From an uncultured Candidatus Saccharibacteria bacterium (lineage in GTDB: Bacteria; Patescibacteriota; Minisyncoccia; Phycocordibacterales; Phycocordibacteraceae), in NCBI GenBank assembly GCA_964391975.1, contig CAYMNZ010000001.1, positions 15,280 to 79,279 of the forward strand: a stretch of DNA of 64,000 nt, given 5' to 3'. This document shows positions 48,444 through 58,472 of the stretch, one piece after another. The notes below the pieces were generated by a model, which had not been told where the DNA came from, did not search any database, and saw only the letters and a program-made list of their open reading frames with translations. Position numbers and translations under genes: made by a program. The number at the start of each line of letters is the position of its first letter. Positions within the stretch are counted from its first letter, which is position 1.

Positions 48444-49595
48444 ATGAAGGTCCTCGTTGTAGCGCTGCTTCTCTTTATCGCTTTCGGAGCGCCTGTAGCG
48501 GACGCTTCCACCGCAAGCGCTGACTTGCTTCGCGCTCGTTATGAGCTTGCAGGAACAGGAGGTGAGAAGGTCCGCGTCCTCGTGATGCCCGGACATGAGC
48601 CAGGTTACGGCGGCGCCGAATATCGAGGCATCCGCGAGCGAGATATTGCGGTTGAGATAGCAGACAAGCTTGCGACAGAGTTGCGTAAGGACCCGAGACT
48701 TGAGGTGTTTGTTGCGCGCGACGCTCTTTCCTGGAATCAGGAACTCTCTACGTACTTCGAAAAGAATTGGAAAGGTATACAGAAGTTCGTGAAGGCACAA
48801 AAGAGAGCGATGGAGAGACTTCTCAAGGAAGGAGAAGTCGAGGATCGAGAGTTTGAGGTTGCGCACAACACTGCCGCGACCGATGTAGCGCTACGCCTCT
48901 ATGGCATCAATAAGTGGGGGAACGAAAACGATATCGACCTTGCCATTCACGTGCACTTAAACGACAACCTTGGCCATGGGTTAAGTGCGCCTGGATTCCA
49001 TTCCGGATTTGCGGTCTATGTTCCTGACGAGCACTACGGCAATGCGTCGGTCAGCCTTGCGCTCGGAGAAGCGGTTGCCTCTGAACTCAACCATTGGAAC
49101 GCAACGTCGACGCTTCCTATCGAGAACTATGGTGTGGTGCCGGACCAGGACCTGATTGCGCTCGGCTCGTTCAACACTGCCAACTTCGCGAGCATCCTTG
49201 TTGAGTACGCGTACATCTATGAATCAAAGATTTCATATCCGGAGGCACGCGGTACGGTCACCTCTGATTTCGCGTACCAGACCTATCGAGGTATCAAGAA
49301 GTTCTTTGGTGCACCCGTTGTGGGCGATGACACGCTCGCACTTCCGTACCCGTGGGTGACAGGGGAATTGGAAGTTGGTTCCTCAAGTCCGCAGGCCTAT
49401 GCGCTTCAGGTGGCGCTCCATAAGCTTGGCTTCTACCCTCCTGCGGGTGAACTTCTCATTGGCTGTCCGGTCTCAGGGTATGTGGGTGAGTGCACAGTGC
49501 GTGCGCTAAAGAGCTTCCAAGCAAGTAAGGGTCTCGAGCAAACAGGCTCAATTGGGCCTAAGACCAAGGCGGCTCTACAAGCGGCAGGTTTTTGA
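48444..49595 (+). CDS. N-acetylmuramoyl-L-alanine amidase (Amidase_3-like) with C-terminal peptidoglycan-binding domain
   Basis: Signal peptide; VRVLVMPGHEPGYGGAEYRGIRERDIAVEIADKL (amidase_3-like); C-terminal LQVALHKLGFYPP...GPKTKAALQAAGF (PG_binding_1). Confidence 0.7.
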   Translation: MKVLVVALLLFIAFGAPVADASTASADLLRARYELAGTGGEKVRVLVMPGHEPGYGGAEYRGIRERDIAVEIADKLATELRKDPRLEVFVARDALSWNQELSTYFEKNWKGIQKFVKAQKRAMERLLKEGEVEDREFEVAHNTAATDVALRLYGINKWGNENDIDLAIHVHLNDNLGHGLSAPGFHSGFAVYVPDEHYGNASVSLALGEAVASELNHWNATSTLPIENYGVVPDQDLIALGSFNTANFASILVEYAYIYESKISYPEARGTVTSDFAYQTYRGIKKFFGAPVVGDDTLALPYPWVTGELEVGSSSPQAYALQVALHKLGFYPPAGELLIGCPVSGYVGECTVRALKSFQASKGLEQTGSIGPKTKAALQAAGF

Positions 49596-49607
49596 TATAC
49601 TAGGGCG

Positions 49608-49931
49608 ATGAAGACATCCGCACTCGTGCTCGCAGCCCTTATCCTCCTCATGCCGTTCTCGGCAGACGCCGCAGCAAAGAAGACGAATATCACCTGTGAA
49701 GTGAGCGCATCCTCCAAAGTCGTGAAGAAGGGGGAGGCGGTTACGCTCTTTTGGAAGAGCTCGCACTCTATCCTCACGTACGGCCCGGATGGGGCTAAGA
49801 TTGCTCCGTTTGGGAGCATGGAGGTCAAGCCCGAAAAGCGCACCATCTATAAGTTCAAGTTCGTCGGTATAGGCGGCAACGAGAAGTGTGGCGTTCGGGT
49901 GCGCATTGCTGGCGAGACGGTTGCTCCGTAA
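49608..49931 (+). CDS. small secreted two-Cys domain protein
   Basis: 107 aa; signal peptide; TCEVSASSKVVKKGEAVTLFWKSSHS...KCGVRV; the same domain recurs twice at the C-terminus of the 935-aa neighbour. Confidence 0.5.
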   Translation: MKTSALVLAALILLMPFSADAAAKKTNITCEVSASSKVVKKGEAVTLFWKSSHSILTYGPDGAKIAPFGSMEVKPEKRTIYKFKFVGIGGNEKCGVRVRIAGETVAP

Positions 49932-50003
49932 CTATTCCCCACAGAGGCCTTGCCCTCGAGAGGGCCATGCTACGCTTAGGTCGTAAAACCTAACCGTACC
50001 CTT

Positions 50004-52811
50004 ATGTCATCATTACGTACCTGGATTGCCGGAGTAGCCATTCTCCTTTTCGTCGCGGTTGCCGCACCACAGGCGGCCTACGCGAACGAATGCACTGATG
50101 GCTACCAGGAGCAGATAAGCGTGCTGCTCGATCGAATTGCCGACACGTCGTCTGGCCTTGCGCAGCAAATCATGCAGCTCCAGATTCAGCTCCTGCAACT
50201 CCAGATGCAGACGTGCGAGGGTGTCCCTGACACGGATGATGGGGACGTTGATCCGGATGCACCACTTGCGCTTACCGTTCCAAACGGTGGCGAGCGCTGG
50301 GAGGTAGGTTCCACCAATAGCATCACGTGGACCCCCTACGGCTACAATCCTGAAATCAATGTGTCGAGCGATGTTAAGGCCTATCTTGAGAAGAAGAAGG
50401 GTAATGGGTTTGTGAAGGTGGGAGAAATCGTTCCCTCAGGCAAGGCTTCGATACACTGGGACGGACAGATTAACGACTATAACGAATGGCCAAGTCCTGG
50501 TTCGTACTACATACGCATCGTGAACGAAAAGACGGGTGAGAGCGATCGAAGTGACAAGGCCTTCACGCTTACCGAACGTTCCGTTGATATCAAGGTCAAT
50601 GGGAGCGATGGGCCAGTGGACCTTGAGGACGGTGAGAAGATTGTGATTTCCTGGAAGACCAAAGGCTCGTTCACGTCCTGTTCCATCTCTTCGATAAGCA
50701 ATAACCCGAATCTCGATTATTCGACGGGTTTCGGCAGCGTCGGTAAGAGTGGCCGCGCTACCGCCTACTACACCGGTGACGGCTCACCAATCGGACTCAA
50801 CTGTGATCGCTCTGATGGTACGGGGCGTTACGACAGCGTGTACGTCAACTTCGAGGATGGCTCGACCTCCGCAATGATTAATGTGGATGTTCCCAATGGT
50901 GGCGAGGTCATCAATCCGGACCGCGAAATGCAGATTGCCTTCAATCACCGAGGTGTCGACCGCGTCTCCCTTGCACTCTATAAGAACGATAAGTGGAAGT
51001 ATTGGATTTATCGTGACCAGCCGATTGAGAAGGACCTCACTCCGTATTCGTGGGTTCCGAGCAGCGCTCTTCAGGGACTCGGCGAGGGCGACAACGCAGG
51101 CGCAATCTTCAAGATTTACGTGACCGGCCACAAGAGTGATGGCACAGGCTATGTGGATGATAAGAGCAACCAGGCGTTCAGCTTCGGTGCGACCAACACT
51201 CCGCCGGCCGCAAACAACACGCGTATAAACGTCGACGTCGAAGGGGAGCGACCACTCATCGTCGGAAATACTTATCGGGTTTCCTGGCGAGACGGCGGTG
51301 GGCACTTTGGCTTAAGCGGTGTGCCAATAGACGAGGTCATGAGGAAATTCCCGAATGCGGTCGGGCACATCCACGCGAGGAACCAGGATATGTCGACCGG
51401 TATCGGCCAGACGGTCGCGAAGAAGCTTACGAAAGCCCAGATTCTTTCAGGAAGGACGGACTGGACCATCCTGGACTACAGCAATGACGGACGCGAGATG
51501 CCTACGGGTGGCTACCGCATTGAGATGGATATCAGCCTCCCGAGCGGAGTAGTGCTTGCAAACGGCACGGGCGGACTCTTCAATCTTGAAGGTGAAGATG
51601 CAGAGGAGGGAGCGGAGATTGTCGACATCGACCTTGATGTAGAAGTCCTTAATCAGAGCGCCGCGCCCCTTCAAGTAATAGCGACTGCGGAAATCGAAGC
51701 TGAAGGTCCTGACTGTCCTCTTGAGTTCCCGACCCCCACTCTTACGTGGGGAGACGGCACGACCGGCTCAATCATGGCGCAGACGGTGTCGACCGCTGGG
51801 AACTCTTCCAGCTGGTGCCGACAGACGCTCACGATGGCGTACGACCATACGTACAGCGCCGCAGGCTCGTACACTCTGGTCTTCAAAGCAGGTGGGCTTA
51901 CGAAGTCAGTCACGATACAGGTAGCCGGGACTGGGACTTCCTCCGGTACCGTCGACAACCAGACGTACGCTACTCCGTATCCGACCCTTACCGGTACCGC
52001 ACGCGGCACTTCGGCGGTGGGACTCAACATCGTCAAAGGGGACAAGATATACGGAAGCGGGAAAATCCTAGTCTCAAGCGGACGATGGTCACATGTGGTG
52101 AGTGAGAGTATTCCTGCAGGTACCTATGACGTCGTCCTCTACAACTACGGCACGAATGCCAGAATCGCCTCAGGAACAATCACCATACAGTTGAGAAGCG
52201 AAGGGACCACGAGCTGTAGCGCGTCGGTAACCCCGAGCTCTATAACCCGAGGAAGTGCTGCGGTGCTCAAGTGGAGCAGCAAGAACGCGTCATACGTCTT
52301 GCTTGATGGTGAGAAGGCAGAGGCGTCCGACAGCAAGTCGGTGAGTCCGACTGCCACGAAGACTTACTATTTCACCGTGCTCGGTATGAGTGGAGGGAAG
52401 AGTGCGTGCTCGACGACACTTACGGTCACCGAGCCTGAGACACCGGGCCCAGCCGCTACGCCGACGGTTACGTTCTCAGGTCCGCGGATCGCCACCGCAG
52501 AAAGCGGAGCCATGCTCTCTTGGAGCACCACGAACGCAAAGCGTTGTGTGCTCTCAAGCAGCGACGGCAACGAGTGGAATGTGCCCGTCAACAATGACAA
52601 CTACATGGTGTATCCGTACGAGACAACGACGTACAGACTCTGGTGCGCAAACGACACCGGGGGAGGCAAGGATGGCCCGTCTGCGGAGAAGAGCATTACG
52701 GTCCGTATCTTCGAACGTCGTGACGGCCGGCTCGAGGCGTCCGCACTCATGTCGGTCCAGAGTCAGCTCGATGCGATTCTTAAGGGAATGAAGGAACTCT
52801 TCGGAAACTAA
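50004..52811 (+). CDS. large secreted multi-domain protein (935 aa)
   Basis: Signal peptide; coiled coil QIMQLQIQLLQLQMQ; several beta-rich domains; two C-terminal copies of the two-Cys domain (SCSASVTPSSITRGSAAVLKWSSKNAS... and ...AMLSWSTTNAKRCVL...). Confidence 0.6.
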   Translation: MSSLRTWIAGVAILLFVAVAAPQAAYANECTDGYQEQISVLLDRIADTSSGLAQQIMQLQIQLLQLQMQTCEGVPDTDDGDVDPDAPLALTVPNGGERWEVGSTNSITWTPYGYNPEINVSSDVKAYLEKKKGNGFVKVGEIVPSGKASIHWDGQINDYNEWPSPGSYYIRIVNEKTGESDRSDKAFTLTERSVDIKVNGSDGPVDLEDGEKIVISWKTKGSFTSCSISSISNNPNLDYSTGFGSVGKSGRATAYYTGDGSPIGLNCDRSDGTGRYDSVYVNFEDGSTSAMINVDVPNGGEVINPDREMQIAFNHRGVDRVSLALYKNDKWKYWIYRDQPIEKDLTPYSWVPSSALQGLGEGDNAGAIFKIYVTGHKSDGTGYVDDKSNQAFSFGATNTPPAANNTRINVDVEGERPLIVGNTYRVSWRDGGGHFGLSGVPIDEVMRKFPNAVGHIHARNQDMSTGIGQTVAKKLTKAQILSGRTDWTILDYSNDGREMPTGGYRIEMDISLPSGVVLANGTGGLFNLEGEDAEEGAEIVDIDLDVEVLNQSAAPLQVIATAEIEAEGPDCPLEFPTPTLTWGDGTTGSIMAQTVSTAGNSSSWCRQTLTMAYDHTYSAAGSYTLVFKAGGLTKSVTIQVAGTGTSSGTVDNQTYATPYPTLTGTARGTSAVGLNIVKGDKIYGSGKILVSSGRWSHVVSESIPAGTYDVVLYNYGTNARIASGTITIQLRSEGTTSCSASVTPSSITRGSAAVLKWSSKNASYVLLDGEKAEASDSKSVSPTATKTYYFTVLGMSGGKSACSTTLTVTEPETPGPAATPTVTFSGPRIATAESGAMLSWSTTNAKRCVLSSSDGNEWNVPVNNDNYMVYPYETTTYRLWCANDTGGGKDGPSAEKSITVRIFERRDGRLEASALMSVQSQLDAILKGMKELFGN

Positions 52812-52823
52812 GGCTTCTCTAAA

Positions 52824-52860
52824 AACACCCGCAGGGCCCTTGGCTCTGCGGGTGTTTGTG
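52824..52860 (+). terminator. hairpin terminator after the large secreted protein gene
   Basis: acacccgcag-ggcccttggctct-ctgcgggtgtttgtgt (10-bp stem, weak T-tract). Confidence 0.5.
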
Positions 52861-52881
52861 TATCTGCTAGTATGGGTGCCT

Positions 52882-54021
52882 ATGGCCCCCGATGACATTC
52901 TTGCCGCCTACCGGAAGGTAGGTGGGCGCGTTGAAACCCGCGGCAAGGTGACCCTCTCCACCAAGGAGGACTTCGCGCTCTTTTACACGCCGGGCGTGGG
53001 CAAGGTGTCGACCTATCTTGCAGAACATCCTGAAGACGCACGCGAACTCTCTATAAAAGGAAACAGTGTTGCAGTCGTGTCTGATGGCACGGCGGTGCTA
53101 GGGCTCGGCAACATTGGTCCGTATGGCGCGCTTCCGGTTATGGAAGGAAAGGCGCTTATCTTCAAACAGCTTGCGAACATCGATGCGTGGCCGTTGGTGC
53201 TTGATACCAAGGACCCAGAAGAAATTATCCGCATTGTGAAAGCAATAGCTCCGAATTTTGGTGGCATAAACCTCGAGGACATTGCCGCCCCACAGTGTTT
53301 CGAGATTGAACGCAGGCTTATCGAAGAGCTCGATATCCCAGTGATGCATGACGATCAGCACGGCACTGCCATTGTGACGCTTGCGGGTTTGATTAACGCA
53401 GCGAAAGTTACGGGTCGTGACCTCAACACTTCAAGGGTTGTGGTAAATGGTGTGGGAGCTGCAGGCAGCGCCATCATGCGTCTCTTGAAGCGCTATGCAG
53501 CGGGCATGACTATTATCGCTGTTGATACGAAGGGCATCATCTCAACTGGACTTGAGGGACTCAATCCAGAGAAGCGTTCACTCATTGACGATGGCATCAT
53601 TTCAGGGGAGGAGAGTGGGGATTTGGCAAAGGCGCTTACTGGTGCGGATATCTTCATTGGCGTCTCGAAGGGCAACATTCTTTCAGGTGAGATGGTGAAG
53701 ACGATGAGCGCAAACCCCATCATCTTCGCAATGGCGAATCCAGTGCCGGAAATCATGCCGGAGGAGGCGAAGGCAGCCGGGGCTGCGATTATGGCAACGG
53801 GACGCTCTGACTTCCCGAACCAGATAAACAACGCGCTCGTGTTTCCGGGCGTCTTCCGCGGAGCGCTTGATGGCAAGGTCCGCAAGATTACGGAAGACAT
53901 GAAGCTCAATGCTGCGAAGGCTATTGCAGCGCTTGTTGAGACACCAACTGCTGAACACATCATCCCGGACATTCTTGACGAACGGGTGGTGGGAGCGGTC
54001 GCTAAAGCTATACAGTCATGA
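52882..54021 (+). CDS. NAD(P)-dependent malic enzyme (short form)
   Basis: ~380 aa from MAPDDILAAYRKVGGRVETRGKV; FYTPGVGKVS; Rossmann GVGAAGSAIMRLL. Confidence 0.85.
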   Translation: MAPDDILAAYRKVGGRVETRGKVTLSTKEDFALFYTPGVGKVSTYLAEHPEDARELSIKGNSVAVVSDGTAVLGLGNIGPYGALPVMEGKALIFKQLANIDAWPLVLDTKDPEEIIRIVKAIAPNFGGINLEDIAAPQCFEIERRLIEELDIPVMHDDQHGTAIVTLAGLINAAKVTGRDLNTSRVVVNGVGAAGSAIMRLLKRYAAGMTIIAVDTKGIISTGLEGLNPEKRSLIDDGIISGEESGDLAKALTGADIFIGVSKGNILSGEMVKTMSANPIIFAMANPVPEIMPEEAKAAGAAIMATGRSDFPNQINNALVFPGVFRGALDGKVRKITEDMKLNAAKAIAALVETPTAEHIIPDILDERVVGAVAKAIQS

Positions 54022-55280
54022 ACATCCTCGTTCTAGGTTCGGGTGGAAGGGAACACGCACTCGCGTGGAAGATTAACCAGTCCACCATGACGGAGAAGCT
54101 CTATATCGCCCCAGGAAATGGCGGAACGACTGCCTTCGGAGAGAATGTTGCGCTCGACATCAAGGACCACCAGTCAATTATTAATTTCTGTACGGAGAAA
54201 CACATCGAACTCGTGGTAGTCGGTCCTGACGATTATCTTGCTACCGGCATCGTGGATTCGCTTGTTGCTGCAGGCATCTTTGCATTCGGCCCCACACGCA
54301 AGGCAGCAGAGGTTGAGTGGTCCAAAGCCTACGCCAAGGAGGTGATGGAAGCTTCGGGCGTGCCTACCGCGCGTAGCCGCACCTTTACGGACTACGAGAC
54401 TGCACGTGACTACCTCTCCACGCATTCAGTTCCCGTTGTGGTGAAGGCAAGCGGCCTTGCGCTCGGTAAGGGCGTCACCATTGCACAGACCTTTGATGAG
54501 GCGGACGCAGCGCTCAAGGAATGCTTTGTCGATGCAAAGTTTGGCACGGCAGGACAGGAAGTTCTTATTGAGGAGTTCATGGAAGGACTTGAGTTCTCTG
54601 TTCACGCTATTTGTGCCGGAACAGATACGCTTTTGTTCCCATCATCGCAGGACCACAAACGTATATTTGACGGGGATAAAGGTCCCAACACTGGAGGCAT
54701 GGGCGTTGTTGCACCACTTCCACAGGTATCAGAGGAAGTCATGAAGCAGATAGAGGACACGATTGTGCGCCCTACGCTTACGGAACTCGAGAAACGCGGG
54801 CGTTCGTTCTCCGGCATTCTCTATCCGGGCATCATGCTCACCAACGAAGGGCCGAAGGTAATTGAATTTAATGCACGCTTTGGTGACCCGGAAGCACAGG
54901 TGTACATGCGTCTTATGGAAAGCGATATCGTTCCGCTTCTGTTTGCCTCTGCAAAAGGAAGTTTCTTGGGAGTAGAACTCGAGTGGAAGAAGGGAGCAGT
55001 GGCGTGCGTAGTGATGGCGTCAGGAGGGTATCCGGGAGCCTATGAGAGAGGAAAAGAGATAACGGGCCTTACGGAAGCGGAGAAGGACGAGGTGGTGGTA
55101 TTCCATGCAGGGACTAAGAAAGAGGGCGATACGTTTGTCACGAGCGGCGGGCGAGTATTGAACGTAACCGCAACGGGAGACACGCTCAAAGAAGCGCTTG
55201 CGCAAGCGTACAAGGGCGTCGAAGGTATTTCGTTTGAAGGTGCACAGTATCGCACTGATATCGGGGAGAAGGCGCTTTAA
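54018..55280 (+). CDS. purD: phosphoribosylamine--glycine ligase
   Basis: 420 aa; MNILVLGSGGREHALAWKI N-terminus; ATP-grasp core; ATGA overlap with the upstream gene. Confidence 0.92.
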   Translation: MNILVLGSGGREHALAWKINQSTMTEKLYIAPGNGGTTAFGENVALDIKDHQSIINFCTEKHIELVVVGPDDYLATGIVDSLVAAGIFAFGPTRKAAEVEWSKAYAKEVMEASGVPTARSRTFTDYETARDYLSTHSVPVVVKASGLALGKGVTIAQTFDEADAALKECFVDAKFGTAGQEVLIEEFMEGLEFSVHAICAGTDTLLFPSSQDHKRIFDGDKGPNTGGMGVVAPLPQVSEEVMKQIEDTIVRPTLTELEKRGRSFSGILYPGIMLTNEGPKVIEFNARFGDPEAQVYMRLMESDIVPLLFASAKGSFLGVELEWKKGAVACVVMASGGYPGAYERGKEITGLTEAEKDEVVVFHAGTKKEGDTFVTSGGRVLNVTATGDTLKEALAQAYKGVEGISFEGAQYRTDIGEKAL

Positions 55281-55639
55281 GCCTTCCGATGCATGAGCGC
55301 AAGTGCGATTGCTGCAAGCGCAATTGAGATATCGCGGAAGAGTACTTCCATCTGGTTCCAATTGAGGAGCACAATCACAACAAGCATCACTGCTGCGATA
55401 ACGCTCGGGATAAAGACGCGCTTGCCGAAGAGTATCCAGAGCGCAAGGATGACTTCGATGACGCCGAAGGCATGGAGCATGAGCATCTGGTTGCTTCCCG
55501 CGAGCTCCATCAAGAACTGCGGGAAATACCCAATCCAGGAATAGGGGTCAACGAGTGCTGAGAGCGGCGGATACAGGAACGAAATTGCAACCGCGACTCT
55601 CAGCAAGGTCTCTGGAAGAGGGAGAGAGAAGGGTCGCAT
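55277..55639 (-). CDS. DoxX-family membrane protein
   Basis: 120 aa; three or four TM helices; DoxX-like sequence. Confidence 0.55.
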   Translation of the reverse strand: MRPFSLPLPETLLRVAVAISFLYPPLSALVDPYSWIGYFPQFLMELAGSNQMLMLHAFGVIEVILALWILFGKRVFIPSVIAAVMLVVIVLLNWNQMEVLFRDISIALAAIALALMHRKA

Positions 55640-55640
55640 G

Positions 55641-56111
55641 CTACTTCACGATAACGGTGCCCGTGTCACTTGCTCCTAGATGGTTGTGGTAACCGAAGGT
55701 ACCTGCGGTGTCGAAGGTGAACTCCCACGTGGTGCCGGAGCCAGTTCCATTGCACTGGTCAAAGGAACTACCGGTTGGGCAATGTTCTTGGCGAGTGGTG
55801 CCATCGTAGTCGGCGTGGCTTGGATGCTGGTCTGCTCCTACCCACATGGTCTTGGTGGATTGGTTCACGAAGCGCACGGTGTCGCCGACGTTTACGGTGA
55901 CGGTTGCCGGGCTGAAGCCCTCATTGGTAAGAGTCACCGTAGCAGCAGGAGTTGAACCGATGCCTCCGTCGCTTTCAACTGGGATGGGGGTTTCTCCTTG
56001 TGTGCTGTTGTATTCAGGGGCGAGTACAGGTTCAGTTGCTGGTCCACCGAGGACGACGTAGGCGCCGATACCAAGCACAATGATAACGACGGCAATGATG
56101 AGAATTTTCAT
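55641..56111 (-). CDS. secreted cupredoxin-like domain protein
   Basis: 156 aa; signal/TM; TVTVNVGDTVRFVN...GTFGYHNHLG pattern reminiscent of plastocyanin/azurin-type copper sites. Confidence 0.45.
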   Translation of the reverse strand: MKILIIAVVIIVLGIGAYVVLGGPATEPVLAPEYNSTQGETPIPVESDGGIGSTPAATVTLTNEGFSPATVTVNVGDTVRFVNQSTKTMWVGADQHPSHADYDGTTRQEHCPTGSSFDQCNGTGSGTTWEFTFDTAGTFGYHNHLGASDTGTVIVK

Positions 56112-56164
56112 GGTCTGGTGGTTAGGGGATTCTCTCTATTCTAGCAAACCAGACTATCCCCGGA

Positions 56165-57235
56165 ATGGGGCAGAGTGCACTAAGTACAGGCTTTGCCAAT
56201 TCTTCATTCGTAGGCCATACTAGGGCAGCTGTGACGAAGCTCGATATCATCGTTGATCTCCAATACGGGGATTCCGGAAAGGGCAAGGTAGCCCATTTTT
56301 TGTGTAAGAAGAATAAGTACACCCACGTTATCCGCTACAACGGCGGCGCAAACGCAGGGCACACTATTTTCCATAAGGGCGTGAAGTTTGCTACCCACCA
56401 AATACCAGCGGGTGTCTTTTTTGGTGTGAAGTCCATCATTGGTCCGGGCTGCGTCGTGGATGTTGCGGTCCTGATGAAGGAAGCTGCGGAGCTTCAAAAG
56501 CATGGCATCAGGGTGAAGGGCAATCTGTTCGTTGCTAAAAATGCGCACGTTGTTACTGCAGCGCACAAAAAGGAAGATGGCGTCGATAAGAAAATCGGCA
56601 CCACCAAGCGCGGCATTGGTCCGGCCTATCGTGATAAGTTCGCCCGCACCGGCATCCGTGCTGAAGATGTGAAGGCCCTCAAGCCGTATCTCATCGACAT
56701 GTATGAGGAGTTCAAGGGGGGACTCAAGAAAGCACATGTACTCTGCGAAGGCGCACAGGGGTTCGGTCTTGATATCGATTGGGGCGACTATCCATTCGTC
56801 ACTTCAAGTCATTGTCTTTCAGGCGGTGCTCTTTTGAACGGTTTTGCGCCAAAGACCGTGCGCGATGTCTGGGGAATCGCAAAAGTATATGAGACCTATG
56901 TGGGACAGAAGAAGTTTGAACCCAAGGATCCCATCTTCCCGAAGATTCGTGAGGTAGGGGAAGAGTACGGGGTAACGACCGGTCGCGCTCGTCAGTGCAA
57001 CTGGCTTGATATTGAACTCTTGGAGCGTGCAGTGCGCTTAAACGGCGTTACGCACCTCGTGCTTTCCAAGATGGACGTGCTTGATACGGTGAAGGTATGG
57101 AAGGTGCGCGAAGGAAAGAAGACACATAAATTTAAGGACGGTGCGGGTCTCCGGAAGTTCATAAGGAATCGTCTTAAGAAGAGTGGCATTGCTCCTAATC
57201 ACGTGCACTTTTCAGTAAGCAAGGACAAGATTTAA
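56165..57235 (+). CDS. purA: adenylosuccinate synthetase
   Basis: DLQYGDSGKGKV P-loop and GTTKRGIGPAY; start could alternatively be the GTG at 56231. Confidence 0.9.
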   Translation: MGQSALSTGFANSSFVGHTRAAVTKLDIIVDLQYGDSGKGKVAHFLCKKNKYTHVIRYNGGANAGHTIFHKGVKFATHQIPAGVFFGVKSIIGPGCVVDVAVLMKEAAELQKHGIRVKGNLFVAKNAHVVTAAHKKEDGVDKKIGTTKRGIGPAYRDKFARTGIRAEDVKALKPYLIDMYEEFKGGLKKAHVLCEGAQGFGLDIDWGDYPFVTSSHCLSGGALLNGFAPKTVRDVWGIAKVYETYVGQKKFEPKDPIFPKIREVGEEYGVTTGRARQCNWLDIELLERAVRLNGVTHLVLSKMDVLDTVKVWKVREGKKTHKFKDGAGLRKFIRNRLKKSGIAPNHVHFSVSKDKI

Positions 57236-57251
57236 TACGCACGGGTCGTTC

Positions 57252-57803
57252 ATGAACATCGACCGCATAGTCATTCCGCAATACGAAGAAGGAAAGACGC
57301 CGGAACTTGGGCACTTTACGCCGAGTACCATTGAACAGCTGCCGTCTGGGATTTTGAAGGAAAGCGGCAATGAAATTAATCTCAATGAGATTGAGTCAGT
57401 TGCTTCTGCCGCCCATGATAACGGTGTTGTGACGTATCGAATCTCAATGCATCCCACGCAAGGAAAAGAGCCGCACCAAGCTATCTATTTTGTGGATTAT
57501 GCAGAAGCGAAAGAGGCAGGATATTTACGAGTCGACCACACCGACCAAATGTCCTTCGCGCGGAACATACGCACAGATGATGCATTTGAAGGCAAAGGAC
57601 TCGCAGCTCAGCGGCTTATCATGGCGCACCAGTATTGCCTTGAGCGTTACGGCCAAGAACTCTATTCCGGACTCGCGACGCTTACCGAAGGGCGAAGTCT
57701 CTGGAAGAGTCTCATAGCGAAAGGATTCGTTGAACCAACCGGGAATGTGATAAATCACCTCTATCGTTTCAAAGCGAACCTGCCTCCTACGGACGCTGCT
57801 TAG
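57252..57803 (+). CDS. hypothetical protein, possibly GNAT-like acetyltransferase
   Basis: 183 aa; FEGKGLAAQRLIMAHQY loosely fits GNAT motif A. Confidence 0.35.
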   Translation: MNIDRIVIPQYEEGKTPELGHFTPSTIEQLPSGILKESGNEINLNEIESVASAAHDNGVVTYRISMHPTQGKEPHQAIYFVDYAEAKEAGYLRVDHTDQMSFARNIRTDDAFEGKGLAAQRLIMAHQYCLERYGQELYSGLATLTEGRSLWKSLIAKGFVEPTGNVINHLYRFKANLPPTDAA

Positions 57804-58471
57804 CCTTTCTTCCGATACTCGTTCACTGCATTATGTGCGAGACGCGTCGGCTCCGGCATACGATGTTTCTGCACGCAGCCCAGCACTACCTCAATTGATT
57901 CCTCAAGGGTGATGAGATGTCCGGGAGAGATGAACATCGGCTTCACGTTGTTCTTCGTGCGCACTGCCGCTCCAATGATGTCCTTAGTTGCTTTGTCATA
58001 CATATACGAGATGGAACCCTGCTCCTTCCCTGGTTCCTCAAAGACCCCAGTCAGCACGCTCTTGGCGCATCCGATGGTAGGGATGCCGAGCATAAGACCC
58101 AGGTGCGACGCGATGCCAAGCCTTCGTGGGTGTGCAATGCCGACACCATCGACCAAGAGTACGTCCGGCTGTATCGCAAGGTCTTCCCAAGCGCTAAGGA
58201 GCATAGGAATTTCGCGGAAGGAAAGAAGTCCTGGAATGTACGGGAAGCCGATGGGAGCTTTCACCACCGAGACTGCAACTGGTTCTTGTTCCGGGTACAT
58301 GAGCGTGACAAAGCCTGCGAAGCCGTCTTTCGCAAAGAGACTCATGGAAACATCAGCACCACCGACAAATGTTATCGGTTTTTCAAGTGGCACGAGTTCC
58401 ACGCGCTCGCGCAGACGCTTCTGGATGTCGACCGCTTCACGAGGGGAGACATTCCAGATTGCCGTTTCCAT
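57800..58471 (-). CDS. nfi: endonuclease V (deoxyinosine 3'-endonuclease)
   Basis: 223 aa; VGGADVS...LLVDGVGIAHPRRLGIASHLG motifs of the endonuclease V family. Confidence 0.85.
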   Translation of the reverse strand: METAIWNVSPREAVDIQKRLRERVELVPLEKPITFVGGADVSMSLFAKDGFAGFVTLMYPEQEPVAVSVVKAPIGFPYIPGLLSFREIPMLLSAWEDLAIQPDVLLVDGVGIAHPRRLGIASHLGLMLGIPTIGCAKSVLTGVFEEPGKEQGSISYMYDKATKDIIGAAVRTKNNVKPMFISPGHLITLEESIEVVLGCVQKHRMPEPTRLAHNAVNEYRKKG

Positions 58472-58472
58472 A

